Positions 41,901 to 57,000 of a stretch of DNA of 64,000 nt are shown piece after piece. Both the position numbers and the translations under genes were made by a program. Origin of the DNA: Auanema rhodensis. Its lineage: Eukaryota; Animalia; Nematoda. The notes below the pieces were generated by a model, which saw only the letters and a program-made list of their open reading frames with translations, did no database searches and was not told the DNA's origin. The first letter of the stretch is position 1. Every line of letters starts with the position of its first letter. Location of the stretch: assembly GCA_964057225.1 (NCBI GenBank), contig OZ059894.1, forward strand, positions 3,720,001 through 3,784,000, given 5' to 3'.

Positions 41901-44900
41901 GTGTACATGGAAACTCAACATACACTAATGCATCATTTTTCAAACGATCATAACTAATTTTTGTATTGAGCGTTTCTCAATGTAGTATAGTGCATTCGAT
42001 GCGGATTTTTAAGCTGCGTCGATCTGTGTTATCAGATTTGCGCTAGCTTAAAAATGCACCGAGATATCAACTGATATAAGTTCACACTTATATCCTCGAT
42101 TTTGACCCTGAAGAATTAATTTTTTCGTTGAATAACATCGTCCATCGTCTTTGCCTTGAAAAAAGGAATCTAAAAACATCTACTTTTTGCTAAATTATTT
42201 TGAAATTTTTCGAAAAAATTTTTGTCAAAATGTTTTTGGAAGCAATGTTGAGTGTACATGGAAACTCAACATACACTAATGCATCATTTTTCAAACGATC
42301 ATAACTAATTTTTGTATTAAGCGTTTCTCAATGTAGTATAGTGCATTCGATGCGGATTTTTAAGCTGCGTCGATCTGTGTTATCAGATTTGCGCTAGCTT
42401 AAAAATGCATCGAGATATCAACTGATATAAGTTCACACTTATATCCTCGATTTTCACCCTGAAAAATTAATTTTTTTGTTGAATAACATCGTCCATCGTC
42501 TTTGCCTTGAAAAAAGGAATCTAAAAACATCTACTTTTTGCTAAATTATTTTGAAATTTTTCGAAAAAATTTTTGTCAAAATGTTTTTGGAAGCAATGTT
42601 GATTGTACATGGAAACTCAACATACACTAATGCATCATTTTTCAAACGATCATAACTAATTTTTGTATTGAGCGTTTCTCAATGTAGTATAGTGCATTCG
42701 ATGCGGATTTTTAAGCTGCGTCGATCTGTGTTATCAGATTTGCGCTAGCTTAAAAATGCACCGAGATATCAACTGATATAAGTTCACACTTATATCCTCG
42801 ATTTTCACCCTGAAGAATTAATTTTTTCGTTGAATAACAATGTCCATCGTCTTCGCCTTGAAAAAAGGAATCTAAAAACATCTACTTTTTGCTAAATTAT
42901 TTCGAAATTTTTCGAAAAAATTTTTGTCAAAATGTTTTTGGAAGCAATGTTGAGTGTACATGGAAACTCAACATACACTAATTCATCATTTTTCAAACGA
43001 TCATAACTAATTTTTGTATTGAGCGTTTCTCAATGTAGTATAGTGCATTTGATGCGGATTTTTAAGCTGCGTCGATCTGTGTTATCAGATTTGCGCTAGC
43101 TTAAAAATGCACCGAGATATCAACTGATATAAGTTCACACTTATATCCTCGATTTTCACCCTGAAGAATTAATTTTTTCGTTGAATAACATCGTCCATCG
43201 TCTTTGCCTTGAAAAAAGGAATCTAAAAACATCTACTTTTTGCTAAATTATTTTGAAATTTTTCGAAAAAATTTTTGTCAAAATGTTTTTGGAAGCAATG
43301 TTGATTGTACATGGAAACTCAACATACACTAATGCATCATTTTTCAAACGATCATAACTAATTTTTGTATTGAGCGTTTCTCAATGTAGTATAGTGCATT
43401 CGATGCGGATTTTTAAGCTGCGTCGATCTGTGTTATCAGATTTGCGCTAGCTTAAAAATGCACCGAGATATCAACTGATATAAGTTCACACTTATATCCT
43501 CGATTTTGACCCTGAAGAATTAATTTTTTCGTTGAATAACATCGTCCATCGTCTTTGCCTTGAAAAAAGGAATCTAAAAACATCTACTTTTTGCTAAATT
43601 ATTCTGAAATTTTTCGAAAAAATTTTTGTCAAAATGTTTTTGGAAGCAATGTTGAGTGTACATGGAAACTCAACATACACTAATGCATCATTTTTCAAAC
43701 GATCATAACTAATTTTTGTATTAAGCGTTTCTCAATGTAGTATAGTGCATTCGATGCGGATTTTTAAGCTGCATCGATCTGTGTTATCAGATTTGCGCTA
43801 GCTTAAAAATGCACCGAGATATCAACTGATATAAGTTCACACTTATATCCTCGATTTTCACCCTGAAAAATTAATTTTTTTGTTGAATAACATCGTCCAT
43901 CGTCTTTGCCTTGAAAAAAGGAATCTAAAAACATCTACTTTTTGCTAAATTATTTTGAAATTTTTCGAAAAAATTTTTGTCAAAATGTTTTTGGAAGCAA
44001 TGTTGATTGTACATGGAAACTCAACATACACTAATGCATCATTTTTCAAACGATCATAACTAATTTTTGTATTGAGCGTTTCTCAATGTAGTATAGTGCA
44101 TTCGATGCGGATTTTTAAGCTGCGTCGATCTGTGTTATCAGATTTGCGCTAGCTTAAAAATGCACCGAGATATCAACTGATATAAGTTCACACTTATATC
44201 CTCGATTTTGACCCTGAAGAATTAATTTTTTCGTTGAATAACATCGTCCATCGTCTTTGCCTTGAAAAAAGGAATCTAAAAACATCTACTTTTTGCTAAA
44301 TTATTCTGAAATTTTTCGAAAAAATTTTTGTCAAAATGTTTTTGGAAGCAATGTTGAGTGTACATGGAAACTCAACATACACTAATGCATCATTTTTCAA
44401 ACGATCATAACTAATTTTTGTATTAAGCGTTTCTCAATGTAGTATAGTGCATTCGATGCGGATTTTTAAGCTGCATCGATCTGTGTTATCAGCTTTGCGC
44501 TAGCTTAAAAATGCACCGAGATATCAACTGATATAAGTTCACACTTATATCCTCGATTTTCACCCTGAAAAATTAATTTTTTTGTTGAATAACATCGTCC
44601 ATCGTCTTTGCCTTGAAAAAAGGAATCTAAAAACATCTACTTTTTGCTAAATTATTTTGAAATTTTTCGAAAAAATTTTTGTCAAAATGTTTTTGGAAGC
44701 AATGTTGAGTGTACATGGAAACTCAACATACACTAATGCATCATTTTTCAAACGATCATAACTAATTTTTGTATTGAGCGTTTCTCAATGTAGTATAGTG
44801 CATTCGATGCGGATTTTTAAGCTGCGTCGATCTGTGTTATCAGATTTGCGCTAGCTTAAAAATGCACCGAGATATCAACTGATATAAGTTCACACTTATA

Positions 44901-45973
44901 TCCTCGATTTTGACCCTGAAGAATTAATTTTTTCGTTGAATAACATCGTCCATCGTCTTTGCCTTGAAAAAAAAAATCTAAAAACATCTACTTTTTGCTA
45001 AATTATTTTGAAATTTTTCGAAAAAATTTTTGTCAAAATGTTTTTGGAAGCAATGTTGAGTGTACATGGAAACTCAACATACACTAATGCATCATTTTTC
45101 AAACGATCATAACTAATTTTTGTATTAAGCTTTTCTCAATGTAGTATAGTGCATTCGATGCGGATTTTTAAGCTGCATCGATCTGTGTTATCAGATTTGC
45201 GCTAGCTTAAAAATGCACCGAGATATCAACTGATATAAGTTCACACTTATATCCTCGATTTTCACCCTGAAAAATTAATTTTTTTGTTGAATAACATCGT
45301 CCATCGTCTTTGCCTTGAAAAAAGGAATCTAAAAACATCTACTTTTTGCTAAATTATTTTGAAATTTTTCGAAAAAATTTTTGTCAAAATGTTTTTGGAA
45401 GCAATGTTGAGTGTACATGGAAACTCAACATACACTAATGCATCATTTTTCAAACGATCATAACTAATTTTTGTATTGAGCGTTTCTCAATGTAGTATAG
45501 TGCATTCGATGCGGATTTTTAAGCTGCGTCGATCTGTGTTATCAGATTTGCGCTAGCTTAAAAATGCACCGAGATATCAACTGATATAAGTTCACACTTA
45601 TATCCTCGATTTTGACCCTGAAGAATTAATTTTTTCGTTGAATAACATCGTCCATCGTCTTTGCCTTGAAAAAAGGAATCTAAAAACATCTACTTTTTGC
45701 TAAATTATTTTGAAATTTTTCGAAAAAATTTTTGTCAAAATGTTTTTGGAAGCAATGTTGAGTGTACATGGAAACTCAACATACACTAATGCATCATTTT
45801 TCAAACGATCATAACTAATTTTTGTATTAAGCGTTTCTCAATGTAGTATAGTGCATTCGATGCGGATTTTTAAGCTGCGTCGATCTGTGTTATCAGATTT
45901 GCGCTAGCTTAAAAATGCATCGAGATATCAACTGATATAAGTTCACACTTATATCCTCGATTTTCACCCTGAA
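38901..45973. repeat. 10-monomer tandem duplication (3510-bp period)
   Basis: GCATCGAG variant at T42410/T45920 and A10-TCTA at 41461/44971. One difference seen (C44493 vs A40983). Confidence 0.9.
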
Positions 45974-48900
45974 GAATTAATTTTTTCGTTGAATAACAAT
46001 GTCCATCGTCTTCGCCTTGAAAAAAGGAATCTAAAAACATCTACTTTTTGCTAAATTATTTCGAAATTTTTCGAAAAAATTTTTGTCAAAATGTTTTTGG
46101 AAGCAATGTTGAGTGTACATGGAAACTCAACATACACTAATTCATCATTTTTCAAACGATCATAACTAATTTTTGTATTGAGCGTTTCTCAATGTAGTAT
46201 AGTGCATTTGATGCGGATTTTTAAGCTGCGTCGATCTGTGTTATCAGATTTGCGCTAGCTTAAAAATGCACCGAGATATCAACTGATATAAGTTCACACT
46301 TATATCCTCGATTTTCACCCTGAAGAATTAATTTTTTCGTTGAATAACATCGTCCATCGTCTTTGCCTTGAAAAAAGGAATCTAAAAACATCTACTTTTT
46401 GCTAAATTATTTTGAAATTTTTCGAAAAAATTTTTGTCAAAATGTTTTTGGAAGCAATGTTGATTGTACATGGAAACTCAACATACACTAATGCATCATT
46501 TTTCAAACGATCATAACTAATTTTTGTATTGAGCGTTTCTCAATGTAGTATAGTGCATTCGATGCGGATTTTTAAGCTGCGTCGATCTGTGTTATCAGAT
46601 TTGCGCTAGCTTAAAAATGCACCGAGATATCAACTGATATAAGTTCACACTTATATCCTCGATTTTGACCCTGAAGAATTAATTTTTTCGTTGAATAACA
46701 TCGTCCATCGTCTTTGCCTTGAAAAAAGGAATCTAAAAACATCTACTTTTTGCTAAATTATTTTGAAATTTTTCGAAAAAATTTTTGTCAAAATGTTTTT
46801 GGAAGCAATGTTGAGTGTACATGGAAACTCAACATACACTAATGCATCATTTTTCAAACGATCATAACTAATTTTTGTATTAAGCGTTTCTCAATGTAGT
46901 ATAGTGCATTCGATGCGGATTTTTAAGCTGCATCGATCTGTGTTATCAGATTTGCGCTAGCTTAAAAATGCACCGAGATATCAACTGATATAAGTTCACA
47001 CTTATATCCTCGATTTTCACCCTGAAAAATTAATTTTTTTGTTGAATAACATCGTCCATCGTCTTTGCCTTGAAAAAAGGAATCTAAAAACATCTACTTT
47101 TTGCTAAATTATTTTGAAATTTTTCGAAAAAATTTTTGTCAAAATGTTTTTGGAAGCAATGTTGAGTGTACATGGAAACTCAACATACACTAATGCATCA
47201 TTTTTCAAACGATCATAACTAATTTTTGTATTGAGCGTTTCTCAATGTAGTATAGTGCATTCGATGCGGATTTTTAAGCTGCGTCGATCTGTGTTATCAG
47301 ATTTGCGCTAGCTTAAAAATGCACCGAGATATCAACTGATATAAGTTCACACTTATATCCTCGATTTTGACCCTGAAGAATTAATTTTTTCGTTGAATAA
47401 CATCGTCCATCGTCTTTGCCTTGAAAAAAGGAATCTAAAAACATCTACTTTTTGCTAAATTATTTTGAAATTTTTCGAAAAAATTTTTGTCAAAATGTTT
47501 TTGGAAGCAATGTTGAGTGTACATGGAAACTCAACATACACTAATGCATCATTTTTCAAACGATCATAACTAATTTTTGTATTAAGCTTTTCTCAATGTA
47601 GTATAGTGCATTCGATGCGGATTTTTAAGCTGCATCGATCTGTGTTATCAGATTTGCGCTAGCTTAAAAATGCACCGAGATATCAACTGATATAAGTTCA
47701 CACTTATATCCTCGATTTTGACCCTGAAGAATTAATTTTTTCGTTGAATAACATCGTCCATCGTCTTTGCCTTGAAAAAAGGAATCTAAAAACATCTACT
47801 TTTTGCTAAATTATTTTGAAATTTTTCGAAAAAATTTTTGTCAAAATGTTTTTGGAAGCAATGTTGAGTGTACATGGAAACTCAACATACACTAATGCAT
47901 CATTTTTCAAACGATCATAACTAATTTTTGTATTGAGCGTTTCTCAATGTAGTATAGTGCATTCGATGCGGATTTTTAAGCTGCGTCGATCTGTGTTATC
48001 AGATTTGCGCTAGCTTAAAAATGCACCGAGATATCAACTGATATAAGTTCACACTTATATCCTCGATTTTGACCCTGAAGAATTAATTTTTTCGTTGAAT
48101 AACATCGTCCATCGTCTTTGCCTTGAAAAAAGGAATCTAAAAACATCTACTTTTTGCTAAATTATTTTGAAATTTTTCGAAAAAATTTTTGTCAAAATGT
48201 TTTTGGAAGCAATGTTGAGTGTACATGGAAACTCAACATACACTAATGCATCATTTTTCAAACGATCATAACTAATTTTTGTATTAAGCTTTTCTCAATG
48301 TAGTATAGTGCATTCGATGCGGATTTTTAAGCTGCATCGATCTGTGTTATCAGATTTGCGCTAGCTTAAAAATGCACCGAGATATCAACTGATATAAGTT
48401 CACACTTATATCCTCGATTTTCACCCTGAAAAATTAATTTTTTTGTTGAATAACATCGTCCATCGTCTTTGCCTTGAAAAAAGGAATCTAAAAACATCTA
48501 CTTTTTGCTAAATTATTTTGAAATTTTTCGAAAAAATTTTTGTCAAAATGTTTTTGGAAGCAATGTTGAGTGTACATGGAAACTCAACATACACTAATGC
48601 ATCATTTTTCAAACGATCATAACTAATTTTTGTATTGAGCGTTTCTCAATGTAGTATAGTGCATTTGATGCGGATTTTTAAGCTGCGTCGATCTGTGTTA
48701 TCAGATTTGCGCTAGCTTAAAAATGCACCGAGATATCAACTGATATAAGTTCACACTTATATCCTCGATTTTGACCCTGAAGAATTAATTTTTTCGTTGA
48801 ATAACATCGTCCATCGTCTTTGCCTTGAAAAAAGGAATCTAAAAACATCTACTTTTTGCTAAATTATTTTGAAATTTTTCGAAAAAATTTTTGTCAAAAT

Positions 48901-50528
48901 GTTTTTGGAAGCAATGTTGAGTGTACATGGAAACTCAACATACACTAATGCATCATTTTTCAAACGATCATAACTAATTTTTGTATTAAGCTTTTCTCAA
49001 TGTAGTATAGTGCATTCGATGCGGATTTTTAAGCTGCATCGATCTGTGTTATCAGATTTGCGCTAGCTTAAAAATGCACCGAGATATCAACTGATATAAG
49101 TTCACACTTATATCCTCGATTTTGACCCTGAAGAATTAATTTTTTCGTTGAATAACATCGTCCATCGTCTTTGCCTTGAAAAAAGGAATCTAAAAACATC
49201 TACTTTTTGCTAAATTATTCTGAAATTTTTCGAAAAAATTTTTGTCAAAATGTTTTTGGAAGCAATGTTGAGTGTACATGGAAACTCAACATACACTAAT
49301 GCATCATTTTTCAAACGATCATAACTAATTTTTGTATTAAGCTTTTCTCAATGTAGTATAGTGCATTCGATGCGGATTTTTAAGCTGCATCGATCTGTGT
49401 TATCAGATTTGCGCTAGCTTAAAAATGCACCGAGATATCAACTGATATAAGTTCACACTTATATCCTCGATTTTCACCCTGAAAAATTAATTTTTTTGTT
49501 GAATAACATCGTCCATCGTCTTTGCCTTGAAAAAAGGAATCTAAAAACATCTACTTTTTGCTAAATTATTTTGAAATTTTTCGAAAAAATTTTTGTCAAA
49601 ATGTTTTTGGAAGCAATGTTGAGTGTACATGGAAACTCAACATACACTAATGCATCATTTTTCAAACGATCATAACTAATTTTTGTATTGAGCGTTTCTC
49701 AATGTAGTATAGTGCATTCGATGCGGATTTTTAAGCTGCGTCGATCTGTGTTATCAGATTTGCGCTAGCTTAAAAATGCACCGAGATATCAACTGATATA
49801 AGTTCACACTTATATCCTCGATTTTGACCCTGAAGAATTAATTTTTTCGTTGAATAACATCGTCCATCGTCTTTGCCTTGAAAAAAGGAATCTAAAAACA
49901 TCTACTTTTTGCTAAATTATTTTGAAATTTTTCGAAAAAATTTTTGTCAAAATGTTTTTGGAAGCAATGTTGAGTGTACATGGAAACTCAACATACACTA
50001 ATGCATCATTTTTCAAACGATCATAACTAATTTTTGTATTAAGCTTTTCTCAATGTAGTATAGTGCATTCGATGCGGATTTTTAAGCTGCATCGATCTGT
50101 GTTATCAGATTTGCGCTAGCTTAAAAATGCACCGAGATATCAACTGATATAAGTTCACACTTATATCCTCGATTTTCACCCTGAAAAATTAATTTTTTTG
50201 TTGAATAACATCGTCCATCGTCTTTGCCTTGAAAAAAGGAATCTAAAAACATCTACTTTTTGCTAAATTATTTTGAAATTTTTCGAAAAAATTTTTGTCA
50301 AAATGTTTTTGGAAGCAATGTTGAGTGTACATGGAAACTCAACATACACTAATGCATCATTTTTCAAACGATCATAACTAATTTTTGTATTGAGCGTTTC
50401 TCAATGTAGTATAGTGCATTCGATGCGGATTTTTAAGCTGCGTCGATCTGTGTTATCAGATTTGCGCTAGCTTAAAAATGCACCGAGATATCAACTGATA
50501 TAAGTTCACACTTATATCCTCGATTTTG

Positions 50529-53500
50529 ACCCTGAAGAATTAATTTTTTCGTTGAATAACATCGTCCATCGTCTTTGCCTTGAAAAAAGGAATCTAAAAA
50601 CATCTACTTTTTGCTAAATTATTTTGAAATTTTTCGAAAAAATTTTTGTCAAAATGTTTTTGGAAGCAATGTTGAGTGTACATGGAAACTCAACATACAC
50701 TAATGCATCATTTTTCAAACGATCATAACTAATTTTTGTATTGAGCGTTTCTCAATGTAGTATAGTGCATTCGATGCGGATTTTTAAGCTGCGTCGATCT
50801 GTGTTATCAGATTTGCGCTAGCTTAAAAATGCACCGAGACATCAACTGATATAAGTTCACACTTATATCCTCGATTTTGACCCTGAAGAATTAATTTTTT
50901 CGTTGAATAACATCGTCCATCGTCTTTGCCTTGAAAAAAGAAATCTAAAAACATCTACTTTTTGCTAAATTATTTTGAAATTTTTCGAAAAAATTTTTGT
51001 CAAAATGTTTTTGGAAGCAATGTTGATTGTACATGGAAACTCAACATACACTAATGCATCATTTTTCAAACGATCATAACTAATTTTTGTATTAAGCGTT
51101 TCTCAATGTAGTATAGTGCATTCGATGCGGATTTTTAAGCTGCGTCGGTCTGTGTTATCAGATTTGCGCTAGCTTAAAAATGCACCGAGATATCAACTGA
51201 TATAAGTTCACACTTATATCCTCGATTTTCACCCTGAAGAATTAATTTTTTCGTTGAATAACAATGTCCATCGTCTTTGCTTTGAAAAAAGGAATCTAAA
51301 AACATCTACTTTTTGCTAAATTATTTTGAAATTTTTCGAAAAAATTTTTGTCAAAATGTTTTTGGAAGCAATGTTGAGTGTACATGGAAACTCAACATAC
51401 ACTAATGCATCATTTTTCAAACGATCATAACTAATTTTTGTATTGAGCGTTTCTCAATGTAGTATAGTGCATTCGATGCGGATTTTTAAGCTGCGTCGAT
51501 CTGTGTTATCAGATTTGCGCTAGCTTAAAAATGCACCGAGATATCAACTGATATAAGTTCACACTTATATCCTCGATTTTGACCCTGAAGAATTAATTTT
51601 TTCGTTGAATAACATCGTCCATCGTCTTTGCCTTGAAAAAAGAAATCTAAAAACATCTACTTTTTGCTAAATTATTTTGAAATTTTTCGAAAAAATTTTT
51701 GTCAAAATGTTTTTGGAAGCAATGTTGATTGTACATGGAAACTCAACATACACTAATGCATCATTTTTCAAACGATCATAACTAATTTTTGTATTAAGCG
51801 TTTCTCAATGTAGTATAGTGCATTCGATGCGGATTTTTAAGCTGCGTCGGTCTGTGTTATCAGATTTGCGCTAGCTTAAAAATGCACCGAGATATCAACT
51901 GATATAAGTTCACACTTATATCCTCGATTTTCACCCTGAAGAATTAATTTTTTCGTTGAATAACAATGTCCATCGTCTTTGCTTTGAAAAAAGGAATCTA
52001 AAAACATCTACTTTTTGCTAAATTATTTTGAAATTTTTCGAAAAAATTTTTGTCAAAATGTTTTTGGAAGCAATGTTGAGTGTACATGGAAACTCAACAT
52101 ACACTAATGCATCATTTTTCAAACGATCATAACTAATTTTTGTATTAAGCGTTTCTCAATGTAGTATAGTGCATTCGATGCGGATTTTTAAGCTGCATCG
52201 ATCTGTGTTATCAGATTTGCGCTAGCTTAAAAATGCACCGAGATATCAACTGATATATGTTCACACTTATATCCTCGATTTTCACCCTGAAGAATTAATT
52301 TTTTCGTTGAATAACATCGTCCATCGTCTTTGCCTTGAAAAAAGGAATCTAAAAACATCTACTTTTTGCTAAATTATTTTGAAATTTTTCGAAAAAATTT
52401 TTGTCAAAATGTTTTTGGAAGCAATGTTGAGTGTACATGGAAACTCAACATACACTAATGCATCATTTTTCAAACGATCATAACTAATTTTTGTATTGAG
52501 CGTTTCTCAATGTAGTATAGTGCATTCGATGCGGATTTTTAAGCTGCGTCGATCTGTGTTATCAGATTTGCGCTAGCTTAAAAATGCACCGAGACATCAA
52601 CTGATATAAGTTCACACTTATATCCTCGATTTTGACCCTGAAGAATTAATTTTTTCGTTGAATAACATCGTCCATCGTCTTTGCCTTGAAAAAAGAAATC
52701 TAAAAACATCTACTTTTTGCTAAATTATTTTGAAATTTTTCGAAAAAATTTTTGTCAAAATGTTTTTGGAAGCAATGTTGATTGTACATGGAAACTCAAC
52801 ATACACTAATGCATCATTTTTCAAACGATCATAACTAATTTTTGTATTAAGCGTTTCTCAATGTAGTATAGTGCATTCGATGCGGATTTTTAAGCTGCGT
52901 CGGTCTGTGTTATCAGATTTGCGCTAGCTTAAAAATGCACCGAGATATCAACTGATATAAGTTCACACTTATATCCTCGATTTTCACCCTGAAGAATTAA
53001 TTTTTTCGTTGAATAACAATGTCCATCGTCTTTGCTTTGAAAAAAGGAATCTAAAAACATCTACTTTTTGCTAAATTATTTTGAAATTTTTCGAAAAAAT
53101 TTTTGTCAAAATGTTTTTGGAAGCAATGTTGAGTGTACATGGAAACTCAACATACACTAATGCATCATTTTTCAAACGATCATAACTAATTTTTGTATTG
53201 AGCGTTTCTCAATGTAGTATAGTGCATTCGATGCGGATTTTTAAGCTGCGTCGATCTGTGTTATCAGATTTGCGCTAGCTTAAAAATGCACCGAGATATC
53301 AACTGATATAAGTTCACACTTATATCCTCGATTTTGACCCTGAAGAATTAATTTTTTCGTTGAATAACATCGTCCATCGTCTTTGCCTTGAAAAAAGAAA
53401 TCTAAAAACATCTACTTTTTGCTGAATTATTTTGAAATTTTTCGAAAAAATTTTTGTCAAAATGTTTTTGGAAGCAATGTTGATTGTACATGGAAACTCA

Positions 53501-54070
53501 ACATACACTAATGCATCATTTTTCAAACGATCATAACTAATTTTTGTATTAAGCGTTTCTCAATGTAGTATAGTGCATTCGATGCGGATTTTTAAGCTGC
53601 GTCGGTCTGTGTTATCAGATTTGCGCTAGCTTAAAAATGCACCGAGATATCAACTGATATAAGTTCACACTTATATCCTCGATTTTCACCCTGAAGAATT
53701 AATTTTTTCGTTGAATAACAATGTCCATCGTCTTTGCTTTGAAAAAAGGAATCTAAAAACATCTACTTTTTGCTAAATTATTTTGAAATTTTTCGAAAAA
53801 ATTTTTGTCAAAATGTTTTTGGAAGCAATGTTGAGTGTACATGGAAACTCAACATACACTAATGCATCATTTTTCAAACGATCATAACTAATTTTTGTAT
53901 TAAGCGTTTCTCAATGTAGTATAGTGCATTCGATGCGGATTTTTAAGCTGCATCGATCTGTGTTATCAGATTTGCGCTAGCTTAAAAATGCACCGAGATA
54001 TCAACTGATATATGTTCACACTTATATCCTCGATTTTCACCCTGAAGAATTAATTTTTTCGTTGAATAAC
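50529..54070. repeat. 5-monomer tandem duplication (1755-bp period)
   Basis: GAGACATC variant at C50840/C52595, with a matching order of AGAAATC and GCTTTG variants. Confidence 0.87.
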
Positions 54071-57000
54071 AATGTCCATCGTCTTTGCCTTGAAAAAAGG
54101 AATCTAAAAACATCTACTTTTTGCTAAATTATTTTGAAATTTTTCGAAAAAATTTTTGTCAAAATGTTTTTGGAAGCAATGTTGAGTGTACATGGAAACT
54201 CAACATACACTAATGCATCATTTTTCAAACGATCATAACTAATTTTTGTATTGAGCGTTTCTCAATGTAGTATAGTGCATTCGATGCGGATTTTTAAGCT
54301 GCGTCGATCTGTGTTATCAGATTTGCGCTAGCTTAAAAATGCACCGAGATATCAACTGATATAAGTTCACACTTATATCCTCGATTTTGACCCTGAAGAA
54401 TTAATTTTTTCGTTGAATAACATCGTCCATCGTCTTTGCCTTGAAAAAAGGAATCTAAAAACATCTACTTTTTGCTAAATTATTTTGAAATTTTTCGAAA
54501 AAATTTTTGTCAAAATGTTTTTGGAAGCAATGTTGAGTGTACATGGAAACTCAACATACACTAATGCATCATTTTTCAAACGATCATAACTAATTTTTGT
54601 ATTAAGCTTTTCTCAATGTAGTATAGTGCATTCGATGCGGATTTTTAAGCTGCATCGATCTGTGTTATCAGATTTGCGCTAGCTTAAAAATGCACCGAGA
54701 TATCAACTGATATAAGTTCACACTTATATCCTCGATTTTCACCCTGAAAAATTAATTTTTTTGTTGAATAACATCGTCCATCGTCTTTGCCTTGAAAAAA
54801 GGAATCTAAAAACATCTACTTTTTGCTAAATTATTTTGAAATTTTTCGAAAAAATTTTTGTCAAAATGTTTTTGGAAGCAATGTTGAGTGTACATGGAAA
54901 CTCAACATACACTAATGCATCATTTTTCAAACGATCATAACTAATTTTTGTATTGAGCGTTTCTCAATGTAGTATAGTGCATTCGATGCGGATTTTTAAG
55001 CTGCGTCGATCTGTGTTATCAGATTTGCGCTAGCTTAAAAATGCACCGAGATATCAACTGATATAAGTTCACACTTATATCCTCGATTTTGACCCTGAAG
55101 AATTAATTTTTTCGTTGAATAACATCGTCCATCGTCTTTGCCTTGAAAAAAGGAATCTAAAAACATCTACTTTTTGCTAAATTATTTTGAAATTTTTCGA
55201 AAAAATTTTTGTCAAAATGTTTTTGGAAGCAATGTTGAGTGTACATGGAAACTCAACATACACTAATGCATCATTTTTCAAACGATCATAACTAATTTTT
55301 GTATTGAGCGTTTCTCAATGTAGTATAGTGCATTCGATGCGGATTTTTAAGCTGCGTCGATCTGTGTTATCAGATTTGCGCTAGCTTAAAAATGCACCGA
55401 GATATCAACTGATATAAGTTCACACTTATATCCTCGATTTTGACCCTGAAGAATTAATTTTTTCGTTGAATAACATCGTCCATCGTCTTTGCCTTGAAAA
55501 AAGAAATCTAAAAACATCTACTTTTTGCTAAATTATTTTGAAATTTTTCGAAAAAATTTTTGTCAAAATGTTTTTGGAAGCAATGTTGATTGTACATGGA
55601 AACTCAACATACACTAATGCATCATTTTTCAAACGATCATAACTAATTTTTGTATTAAGCGTTTCTCAATGTAGTATAGTGCATTCGATGCGGATTTTTA
55701 AGCTGCGTCGGTCTGTGTTATCAGATTTGCGCTAGCTTAAAAATGCACCGAGATATCAACTGATATAAGTTCACACTTATATCCTCGATTTTCACCCTGA
55801 AGAATTAATTTTTTCGTTGAATAACAATGTCCATCGTCTTTGCTTTGAAAAAAGGAATCTAAAAACATCTACTTTTTGCTAAATTATTTTGAAATTTTTC
55901 GAAAAAATTTTTGTCAAAATGTTTTTGGAAGCAATGTTGAGTGTACATGGAAACTCAACATACACTAATGCATCATTTTTCAAACGATCATAACTAATTT
56001 TTGTATTGAGCGTTTCTCAATGTAGTATAGTGCATTCGATGCGGATTTTTAAGCTGCGTCGATCTGTGTTATCAGATTTGCGCTAGCTTAAAAATGCACC
56101 GAGATATCAACTGATATAAGTTCACACTTATATCCTCGATTTTGACCCTGAAGAATTAATTTTTTCGTTGAATAACATCGTCCATCGTCTTTGCCTTGAA
56201 AAAAGAAATCTAAAAACATCTACTTTTTGCTAAATTATTTTGAAATTTTTCGAAAAAATTTTTGTCAAAATGTTTTTGGAAGCAATGTTGATTGTACATG
56301 GAAACTCAACATACACTAATGCATCATTTTTCAAACGATCATAACTAATTTTTGTATTAAGCGTTTCTCAATGTAGTATAGTGCATTCGATGCGGATTTT
56401 TAAGCTGCGTCGGTCTGTGTTATCAGATTTGCGCTAGCTTAAAAATGCACCGAGATATCAACTGATATAAGTTCACACTTATATCCTCGATTTTCACCCT
56501 GAAGAATTAATTTTTTCGTTGAATAACAATGTCCATCGTCTTTGCTTTGAAAAAAGGAATCTAAAAACATCTACTTTTTGCTAAATTATTTTGAAATTTT
56601 TCGAAAAAATTTTTGTCAAAATGTTTTTGGAAGCAATGTTGAGTGTACATGGAAACTCAACATACACTAATGCATCATTTTTCAAACGATCATAACTAAT
56701 TTTTGTATTAAGCGTTTCTCAATGTAGTATAGTGCATTCGATGCGGATTTTTAAGCTGCATCGATCTGTGTTATCAGATTTGCGCTAGCTTAAAAATGCA
56801 CCGAGATATCAACTGATATATGTTCACACTTATATCCTCGATTTTCACCCTGAAGAATTAATTTTTTCGTTGAATAACAATGTCCATCGTCTTTGCCTTG
56901 AAAAAAGGAATCTAAAAACATCTACTTTTTGCTAAATTATTTTGAAATTTTTCGAAAAAATTTTTGTCAAAATGTTTTTGGAAGCAATGTTGAGTGTACA

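Noticed and set aside
53320-53526. 68-aa minus-strand ORF (MKNDALVYVEF...)
   Set aside because: It has a TTG start and lies wholly inside a satellite monomer. It exists only because the private A>G at 53424 turns the TAG stop into CAG. The equivalent frame is closed in the other copies apart from rare variants, and no protein motif is recognisable.
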